From: a virus
DNA: 64,000 nt
Direction: 5' to 3' (one strand)
IMG/VR virus record: IMGVR_UViG_3300021511_000005
Span: 45,479-109,478 of that record
Within the stretch, counting starts at the first letter, position 1; the number at the start of each line of letters is the position of its first letter. Shown in pieces: positions 46,401 to 53,208 of the stretch. The notes beneath the pieces are model-generated. The model searched no databases and was not told where the DNA came from. It saw only the letters and a list, made by a program, of their open reading frames with translations. Both the position numbers and the translations under genes were made by a program.

Positions 46401-47622
46401 GAAGCTCCCCCCATCACCACCGCCGGCGAACAAGGAGTCCGTCTTGGGCGGAGGCCACGCCCATCCAGCAGGGACTAAGGGAGCCGCTGAGCATCACGGC
46501 AAGTCCAAGGACTACCATGGGCGCCAGGCCGCCCACGCGCTGGCTCACGGCTACAAGAAGGACGCCATGATGCACGCGATGGCGTCCAAGCTCCACGGGG
46601 ATGCTCAGGATTTCCACGACAGCAAGCATGACGACGCGGGCTACTGGAGTGAGATGGCAAACAGCTCTACCAGAGCCGCAGAGCATCCCGAGGGCTTCAG
46701 CGACAAGCCGGGGGCCAAGACGACCCGAGAGGAGAAGGCAGCGATGGGCAAGAGCTTGGACCAGACGATGGACGATCTGATGAAGGCGGCCAACGGGGAG
46801 CCTGTGGCCGCATCCATGCGCCCCAAGGACGGCAAGGACGCCCAGACCAGTCTGGTGAAGAAGAAGTCTGGAGAGGAAGAGGAGGAGAACGGTCCCGGGG
46901 ACAGCGAGCACCACAAGGACCAGGCGATGTCCCATCTGGCGGCCGCCCAGGCCCATGCCACGGCCCACCGTTCCGCGAAGCAGCTCGAATCCGCGGACGG
47001 GCATCAGAAGAACGTCGAGGCGGCGCAGCAGGCCAGCGAGGCCGCAGCTCCGCCGGAGGAGGAGAAGAAGCCGGTGAAGAAGCCAAACGCGATCAAGAAG
47101 GGGTCCATGGTGATTCACCTGGACGCCGAAGAGGAGATCCTCAAGGGACTGGGCGACTCCGGGTTATCGGTCCAGGGAGCGGCCCAGGATCCCTACGGCA
47201 AGTACCGGATGGCTGCCATGGGGCGCGGAGATCCCGATGAGAACGTTCGCGCGGCGTCCTTCGAGAAGAGCGGGGTGGCCGGCGGGACGATCTTCGAGGG
47301 CGAGCACAACACTCAGGGTTTCCGCGAGGGTGACTCCCGGGAGGCCCATATGCGCGCCCAGGAGCTGGCCCAGGTAGTGGAGGATGACCCGGCGGGCTTC
47401 GAGGGTCAGGGCGGCCTTCCGAGCTGGTGGAGGGACGCGGGCCACCTGGTCAACGTCCCGGTGGGGGTCCGACCGATGGTCAAGGCGGTGGAGCCCCCGG
47501 TTCAGATCCTGGACGATTCCGACCCTCACACGCGGGCGATGGTCAACACCGATCCGCGCGAGGGGCAGATGGGCGCTCTGATGGCATACAAGGGCGCTGG
47601 CAAAGGCCGCGGCACCCGATAG
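43393..47622 (+). CDS. 1409-aa multi-module head-associated protein (DUF5661-like, His-rich helical repeats, TMEM65-like membrane domain)
   Basis: GGEGDK...GIKVEFEHT...EIAKDHLTEDPQYYKKL (DUF5661-like); PFVFGFVDNFVM...AGIGNAISD...GALLGMIPL; ATG 43393 with GGAGG RBS. Confidence 0.75.
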   Translation: MPANVVTTGTDEARWARAKAAAAKQGKAKNYALVMHIYKQMTKAKDPDEDEGEAHKMPIPGIPASWNKGEILTGGEGDKRPDSDFDATALKQGIKVEFEHTTSRAVAKEIAKDHLTEDPQYYKKLATIEKAFPGPAAPPAGHAAGGAQIGEVHDWGRGKMRKVAPGKWEPVTGPQSGAKQQPTGPEPATEGTADHHRQQALVHTQAAMAHAVAHQSAKEQEEAAKHDDNVREAKEASQEAYEGKDGRPVEPQSLEDKIKALMEEHGQDAVAAATSKAAKATAAGLDKAFQAEAKKVAGSEGVQAAAGDAIAAAGIKKGGEAPSKSQVDQAVKHAAQDPNVKKAARDGLKALEGPGADALVSGLEAAVPPEEKKKASWKTKAAAVAKMMIRPFVFGFVDNFVMYVAGSAVDGAVQGAGFSSAATAGIGNAISDAVGETAGGLLERALPDEEKLKAELGKDTYEKMEKFLQPLGVFTGALLGMIPLAFGVSFGKSMRREMDIQKARAKVAAGQMGFQFGAAKPAGGGEGSRGGEVVGHTASGKAIYKKKVADHEAKAKEHATAAAKATDHGVRTKHLHAAKAHQVAASAHRIGHKDADKVSTGAEGYSRRAHRARPTAPQRPKLQRPTSADRPPGMRARAPAAKKVSQPHAQPGSGSHLQFSMEDNMDMNKAELRKSLISFRGLRKGLYNRVTEWAGQFMGTPLYVEALRCLKEKAQCDKEAEATRAKHKSWRELEELPRSRRQEMRKKQDKAMDVHHQRSSKILAKMDGLEERLLDHQIAEAERMGKGDVDKATPINLPVIKSTDAVVEGLEELFKAGQAAGPFRGPKGGLWADPEHKVPYKPLAGKTSKAGHKGAHKAHVIHHEREAVRARNKGNEKVAGAHLDAADAHKVAMKAKPTTLAREAAYSATKKASHDKDRAIRKQASHVNSHKDHGHYAARLRSSAEEAKQMGIGSHVDKLARQHEQASSAHKHAAEMHGKGHESADDHSKVAAKATSTAFGDPTKLPPSPPPANKESVLGGGHAHPAGTKGAAEHHGKSKDYHGRQAAHALAHGYKKDAMMHAMASKLHGDAQDFHDSKHDDAGYWSEMANSSTRAAEHPEGFSDKPGAKTTREEKAAMGKSLDQTMDDLMKAANGEPVAASMRPKDGKDAQTSLVKKKSGEEEEENGPGDSEHHKDQAMSHLAAAQAHATAHRSAKQLESADGHQKNVEAAQQASEAAAPPEEEKKPVKKPNAIKKGSMVIHLDAEEEILKGLGDSGLSVQGAAQDPYGKYRMAAMGRGDPDENVRAASFEKSGVAGGTIFEGEHNTQGFREGDSREAHMRAQELAQVVEDDPAGFEGQGGLPSWWRDAGHLVNVPVGVRPMVKAVEPPVQILDDSDPHTRAMVNTDPREGQMGALMAYKGAGKGRGTR

Positions 47623-47631
47623 GAGGCCCTG

Positions 47632-49341
47632 ATGGGCGACTTCATGGAGGGCCTGTCCAAGGCGCTGGAAGGCGTCATGGTGGACGCGATGACCAACGCG
47701 ATGGCGAAGGCCAACGCGCGGGACATCGATGGTCGTCAACCGATGACGCTGGAGGGGGCGAAGCCCCAGCCTCTGCCACCTGAGCCGGCCATGGACGAGC
47801 CGACCGGGCTCCTGTTCGATCCCTTCGCCCTGATTGACCAGTTGGGCTACCGGGACCGGCCCAGCGGCCTGACTTATCAGACGCTGCGGGAGATGGCCAA
47901 GCGGGTCCCGACCTATGCGGCCATCGAGCAGATCCGGGTCAACCAAATCTGCGGCTTCGCCCAGCCCCAGGAAGACGAGCGGGATCCGGGCTTCAAGATT
48001 GAGCTGCGAGACTTCAAGCAGACCCCGAGCCGCAAAGACGTCAAGCGCATGAACGAGATAACGGACTGGGTCCAGCAGACTGGGACCGCCTGGGGTCCGA
48101 CGCGCGATGATTTCCGGACCTTCCTTCACAAGCTGTCCCGGGACAGCCTCGAGCTGGATCAGGGGACCTTCGAGGTCGGGCTCAACCGCAGGGGGGTTCC
48201 AGCGGAGTTCGTTTGTCTTGATGGCGCCACCATGCGGCTGGCGGATGTTCCGCCGGGCGCGGAGCATCGACCTGATCCGACGGACATCAAGTACGTACAG
48301 GTCTACGATGAGATCATCATCGGGGAGTTCCCGATCAATCGGCTGTGCTGGGGGATCCGCAACCCGCGGTCTGACATCCGGGCCAACGGCTACGGCTACT
48401 CCGAGCTGGAGATGTTGATCAACGTCATCACGGCGAGCCTGTGGGCCTTCGAGTACAACAAGCGCTTCTTCTCCCAGGGGACGAGCGCCAAGGGCGTGGT
48501 GAACCTGAAGGGCGGCGTCCCCGATGCCAAGATGGATGCCTTCCGCCGCATGTGGCAGATGATGATTGCCGGCGTGGGCAACGCCCACCGGACCCCGATG
48601 GTGTCCGTGGACGAGGTTCAGTGGATCGATCTGCACAAGTCCAACACGGATATGGAGTACTCCGCGTGGATGGATTGGCTGATCAAGATCACATGTGCGG
48701 TCATGTTGATGGATCCGGCGGAGCTGAACTTCAATTACGGCAACACCGGTCAGGCCAGCCAGATGTATCAGGCGCCGGCCGAGCAGAAGATGAAGGCCTC
48801 CAAGGACCGCGGGCTCCGGCCGCTGTTGACCTACTTCGCCAAGTGGATCAACACCCACCTGATCTGGCGGCTGGACCCCAACTACCGCCTGGTCTTCAAG
48901 GGGCTTGACGCCAAGGGCGAGGATGAGAAGGTGGACCTGTCCAAGAAGAAGTCCTCCTACCTGATGACGGTGGACGAGCTGCGCGCGGAAGAGGATTTGG
49001 AGCCACTGCCGGACGAGCTGGGGAACGTCATCCTGGATCCCACCTGGCTCCAGAACAAACAGGCCGCCGAGATGGCCGCCCAGGGCGATATGGGGATGGA
49101 GGGGGAAGAAGACGAGGAAGGGCCGGCGCCACCGCCGGGGGTCCCTGGGGTGGATGACCAGGAGGAAGAGGACGACGGTTCAGACGACTTCGATCAGATC
49201 TTCGGTCAGGCTGACCAGGAAGAGAAGTCCCTGTCCGCAGCGGAGCGGATCCGCGCATCACGTCAGCGGCTTGAGGCGGGCCAGCCGGATGACGATCCAC
49301 TGCAGAAGGCCCGAGTCACCGTCTACGAGATCGACCTGTAG
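47632..49341 (+). CDS. portal protein
   Basis: RDSLELDQ, LDGATMR, RNPRSD...GYGYSELE, YNKRFFSQGT, DMEYSAWMDWLIKITCAV..MDPAELNF, SKDRGLRPLL, MTVDELR; resembles SPO1/Twort-like portals. Confidence 0.92.
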   Translation: MGDFMEGLSKALEGVMVDAMTNAMAKANARDIDGRQPMTLEGAKPQPLPPEPAMDEPTGLLFDPFALIDQLGYRDRPSGLTYQTLREMAKRVPTYAAIEQIRVNQICGFAQPQEDERDPGFKIELRDFKQTPSRKDVKRMNEITDWVQQTGTAWGPTRDDFRTFLHKLSRDSLELDQGTFEVGLNRRGVPAEFVCLDGATMRLADVPPGAEHRPDPTDIKYVQVYDEIIIGEFPINRLCWGIRNPRSDIRANGYGYSELEMLINVITASLWAFEYNKRFFSQGTSAKGVVNLKGGVPDAKMDAFRRMWQMMIAGVGNAHRTPMVSVDEVQWIDLHKSNTDMEYSAWMDWLIKITCAVMLMDPAELNFNYGNTGQASQMYQAPAEQKMKASKDRGLRPLLTYFAKWINTHLIWRLDPNYRLVFKGLDAKGEDEKVDLSKKKSSYLMTVDELRAEEDLEPLPDELGNVILDPTWLQNKQAAEMAAQGDMGMEGEEDEEGPAPPPGVPGVDDQEEEDDGSDDFDQIFGQADQEEKSLSAAERIRASRQRLEAGQPDDDPLQKARVTVYEIDL

Positions 49342-49349
49342 GAGAGATC

Positions 49350-49748
49350 ATGAGCACCGTATATATCCGCCACCGCGTTGTGGTGGTGGCCGCGATGGAC
49401 AGCGATGAGAAGAACCTCCAGCTGAAGCGGGAGGACGAGACCTTGACCACCGTCAACGATGAGCTGGCGGCGGAGGAGTCGGGTCACGCGGTCCTGGGGT
49501 CGGGTGAGACGGGTTTCAGTCTCCCCATGGGCAAGGTGGCCACCGGGGCGCTTCTCTTCATCGAGAGCGATAAGGAGCTGGTCCTCAACTTCGATGGCGG
49601 CGCGGAGGACATTCCGATCAAGCCGACGCAATCGGGGGTCAAGGCGAAGCTGCTGTTGACTAGCAGCTTCACCACGGCACCGAGCCTGGACAACGCCACT
49701 TCGGAGGTTGCTAACGTGACCTTCCTGATTGCCGGCGCCACGGCTTAG
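49350..49748 (+). CDS. hypothetical virion-region protein (beta-rich)
   Basis: AGGAG RBS after portal. Confidence 0.65.
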   Translation: MSTVYIRHRVVVVAAMDSDEKNLQLKREDETLTTVNDELAAEESGHAVLGSGETGFSLPMGKVATGALLFIESDKELVLNFDGGAEDIPIKPTQSGVKAKLLLTSSFTTAPSLDNATSEVANVTFLIAGATA

Positions 49749-49749
49749 G

Positions 49750-49995
49750 ATGAAGATCCGCGTGGAGGCGGAGCCCGGCGAGCTGCAGGAGCGGCTGGGC
49801 GATGCGATCAAGGTCCTGCAGACGCTGTCCTTGGAGAAGGCGCTGCCCGGGATCCCGGATACGCATACCGACCAGGAGCCGCGGCCGCTGGATTACGAGG
49901 TTCTGCAGGCCGCGGTGGTCCGAGCGAACCAGCGCCAGGTCGTCCGCATCAAGCGAGCGCTGGACAAGCGGGTCGCGCAGATCCTGAAGGGGTAG
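49750..49995 (+). CDS. hypothetical protein
   Basis: Contains LEKA and C-terminal ILKG. Confidence 0.55.
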   Translation: MKIRVEAEPGELQERLGDAIKVLQTLSLEKALPGIPDTHTDQEPRPLDYEVLQAAVVRANQRQVVRIKRALDKRVAQILKG

Positions 49996-49998
49996 CTC

Positions 49999-52900
49999 TT
50001 GGCCCTGTTGACACCAGAACAGCTGGAGCAGCTGCGGCGCGCCATTCAAGACGCATCGACCGCCGTGGCAATCTCCACCGTGGGCCACACGGTCACGGAT
50101 GACGAGCTGCAGCGGCTGGTGGACGAGGGCTGGGTGGATCCCGATAAGGTAGACGACGTCGTCATGACGGGTTTCCAGTACGGTAATCTGTTGAGCCACC
50201 TTCCCCGGGCCGCGGACATGGGCCTGGGGGCCTTCATCAAGGAGATCCAGCGGAACCCGATCAAGCTGTCCGCCGCGGAACGCCAGGCCGTCCAGATCGC
50301 GAGGGACCGTGCTGGCCAATACTGCGCGGGCCTGGGCTCGAGGTACAACGAAGAGATGGGCCGGATGGTGGTGGAGGCGGACGCCCAGCTGGCCAAGGTT
50401 ACTCGAGAGTTGATTGCTGACGAGACCGCCAAGAACATCGCCACACGCGGGACGCGGAAGCAGCTGGGTCAAACCCTGGGCAAGTTGACCCGCGACTGGG
50501 CCCGCGACTGGCGCCGAATCGCTAATACTGAGATTCATATGGCCCAGCAGGAGGGCTACCTGGAGGACGTCCGCGAGCGTTACGGGGACGATGAGCTGCT
50601 GGCCAAGATCCCCGAGCCCAACGCTTGCAAGCATTGCAAGCGGCTCTACCTGGATGGCGATGGTCAGCCCATCGTCCGTCCGGCGTCTTGGTGGGCAGCT
50701 CAGGGGGCGAGCAACGCCGGCCGCAAGGCTGCGGACTGGCTCCCCGTCCTGGGAGCGATGCACCCCTGGTGCCAGTGCCGGATGATCCGGGTCCCGGCGG
50801 GCTGGAAGCTGGACGGCGAGTTTCCCGACTGGGACTTGGTTCCCGAGGGCCTGGAGACGGAGAAGTCCCGAGTCGCGGATACTGCGACACGGGACCAGCT
50901 CGAGAAGGCCAAGAAGCCCACTCAGATGGGTTTCGCCTGGGAGCCTGCTCCGAAGTCCCGGAAGGGTGCGGAGCGGCGCAGGCTGCCCGGTGGGGGCTAT
51001 GAGTACCGCTATCAGACTCCGGTCCGCGCGGAGACCCGGAGGAAGGTCCACGGGGCTGAAGACCTGGCCGCGGTCACGTCGATCTTCGTCAACGTGTCCG
51101 GCGGTTCCGAGCGCAAGCGGTTTGTTCCGCAGGAGGAAGGCGAGGGCGTGGACATCGCGTCCAAGAACGTCCACGCCCAGATCACCGCCCACGAAGTCCC
51201 CAAGACCGACAAGGGCCGGTCCCGCTTCGCCAAGCTGGCGAAGGAGCGCGGGATGCGACTGATGATCGACTCCGGCGAGTTCGGCCGTTTCGGTAAGGAG
51301 CTGCGGGAGTACAAGAAGGCGGAGAAGGAGGAGCGGGAGCCGGTGGTTCCGGAGCTGGACTTCAACAAGGTCTTCGACAACTACGAGGCCATGGCCAAGC
51401 TGTTCCCCGCGGGGAAGCTGACCGTGGTGGCGCCGGACCGCATCGCGAACCCGGACAAGACCGCGGAGCTGCGGAAGCAGTACGCCGGGCGAGTCAAGGC
51501 ACTGCAGGCCGGCGGTGCGGAGGTCATCGTTCCAATCCAGGCCCGGTCCGCAGAAGAGATCGGGAAGGACTACATCGCGGCGACCAAGGTCTTCGGGGAG
51601 GACGTGACGCTGGGCTTCCCCACAGCGGCCGCGGTTCTGCCGATGGAGGAGATCCTCCCGGCGATGGCCCAGCTCTACGCTCACGGCAAGTTCCCGCGGA
51701 TCCACTTCCTGGGCGGCGGACGTCCCCGGGAGATGGCGGAGCGGACGGCGCAGCTCGTGGCAGCGGCCTACTTCGCCGGCCAGGGCGTGGCGCCGGAGCG
51801 TGTCCTGGAGCTGACCAAGACCGCGGACCTGGCAGCCCGCGCGCTACGGAACGTCAAGACCGCGGACATGGTCCTGGGGCGCGAGGCGGACGAGGCGCTG
51901 TCCGCGCGGTTCGAGGCATGGGCGGAGGAGCAGGGCCTGGACACCAGCGATCCGGACTTCGACGAGACGGAGGCCTGGCCCGACTTCTACGAGGCTCACC
52001 CGGAGGAGTTCAACCTGGAGCTGGACAGTGAGGATAAGCCGAAGTTGTTCCGCAAGATGGCCGCGGACCTGGTGCAGATGGACAGCCGCGTGGTGGGTTC
52101 CGCGCAGCAGTACGGTCTCCAGCACGACCCGATCACCGGGACGCAGATCAAGGCGGGGAAGAAAATCACGGCGCTGCCCAAGGCGGAGCGCCATCCGGCC
52201 ACGCTGCAGGCCTATTTAGAGGCTCGCGAGCATCAGACCGAGCGCTTCACCCCGCCGGCGATGTCCGCCTGGGAGGCTCTGTGGGGCGATTTTGAGAAGG
52301 TGGAGAAGGTGGAGAAGTCGCGGAAGCTCCACGGTCGGCGGAAGTTCCAGGGCTTCGATATCTCGATCGAGAACCGGGTGGGTTCAGTCCGTCACTGGTA
52401 CGACAAGGCCACGGACACGAAGGGCGAGACCAAGATGGTCAACCCCTACGGCTACATCCGTCTGACTGAGGGAACCGACGGCGACCATGTGGACGTCTTC
52501 CTGGGAGAGGACGAGCAAGCGCCGCGGGTTTACGTTATCCATCAGATGAAGGCCCCGAGCTTCACCGAATACGATGAGGACAAGTGTATGTTGGGGTTTC
52601 CGTCGGCGCGGGCGGCCAAGGCGGCCTACCTTCGCCACTTCGACAGTCCCAAGTTCTTCGGCTCGATGACAGCGCTTCCCGTGGAGGAGTTTCGCAAGAA
52701 GGTCTACAAGATGAAGGGCGAGCTGATCAAGGCGGGAGGGACCTACTCCGGATACGCCTCTGGTTCCCAGCCGCGGTCCACGTCGATCGTAGGAACCATG
52801 GGGCAGCATGATCGGAAGGCTCCACGGACGGCCGGGGCCAATGTTCGCGAGAACCGGGCGGATCACACCGAGGACTGGCCGCCCTATCAGGAGCGGCGGA

Positions 52901-53208
52901 TCCGCAAGGTCCGCAAGGTGGTCTCCGCGGAGGGAGCCGCCGATCCGGTCCTGGCAGGGGTGAGCCTGACCCAGCTCGTGGCCGCCGCAGAGCGGTTCAA
53001 CGTCCGCGGGCTTCAGCAGAGCCACGACTGGGCCAACAAGCCAAAGCTGGACCGTTGTCCGGACCTGAACGAAGCTGTGGCCCGGACGGACGCGGGCAAG
53101 AAGAATCTGGAGACCGTCGAGGAGATAGGACGCCAGCGGCGGAAGACCGCGGCGGGGGCGCGTTTGACGCTGAACCCCAAACTGATCCGAAGGGAGCAGA
53201 AGCGATGA
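49999..53208 (+). CDS. MuF-like head morphogenesis protein fused to TGT/DpdA-like barrel and polyvalent-type inorganic pyrophosphatase (InPase)
   Basis: RDWRRIANTE...ACKHCKRLY...MHPWCQC (MuF-like); IDSGEF...VAPDRIAN...VIVPIQ...IHFLG...DS; ISIEN.VGSVR...PYGYI..TEGTDGDHVDVFLG...YDEDKCMLGF (InPase). Confidence 0.8.
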   Translation: MALLTPEQLEQLRRAIQDASTAVAISTVGHTVTDDELQRLVDEGWVDPDKVDDVVMTGFQYGNLLSHLPRAADMGLGAFIKEIQRNPIKLSAAERQAVQIARDRAGQYCAGLGSRYNEEMGRMVVEADAQLAKVTRELIADETAKNIATRGTRKQLGQTLGKLTRDWARDWRRIANTEIHMAQQEGYLEDVRERYGDDELLAKIPEPNACKHCKRLYLDGDGQPIVRPASWWAAQGASNAGRKAADWLPVLGAMHPWCQCRMIRVPAGWKLDGEFPDWDLVPEGLETEKSRVADTATRDQLEKAKKPTQMGFAWEPAPKSRKGAERRRLPGGGYEYRYQTPVRAETRRKVHGAEDLAAVTSIFVNVSGGSERKRFVPQEEGEGVDIASKNVHAQITAHEVPKTDKGRSRFAKLAKERGMRLMIDSGEFGRFGKELREYKKAEKEEREPVVPELDFNKVFDNYEAMAKLFPAGKLTVVAPDRIANPDKTAELRKQYAGRVKALQAGGAEVIVPIQARSAEEIGKDYIAATKVFGEDVTLGFPTAAAVLPMEEILPAMAQLYAHGKFPRIHFLGGGRPREMAERTAQLVAAAYFAGQGVAPERVLELTKTADLAARALRNVKTADMVLGREADEALSARFEAWAEEQGLDTSDPDFDETEAWPDFYEAHPEEFNLELDSEDKPKLFRKMAADLVQMDSRVVGSAQQYGLQHDPITGTQIKAGKKITALPKAERHPATLQAYLEAREHQTERFTPPAMSAWEALWGDFEKVEKVEKSRKLHGRRKFQGFDISIENRVGSVRHWYDKATDTKGETKMVNPYGYIRLTEGTDGDHVDVFLGEDEQAPRVYVIHQMKAPSFTEYDEDKCMLGFPSARAAKAAYLRHFDSPKFFGSMTALPVEEFRKKVYKMKGELIKAGGTYSGYASGSQPRSTSIVGTMGQHDRKAPRTAGANVRENRADHTEDWPPYQERRIRKVRKVVSAEGAADPVLAGVSLTQLVAAAERFNVRGLQQSHDWANKPKLDRCPDLNEAVARTDAGKKNLETVEEIGRQRRKTAAGARLTLNPKLIRREQKR

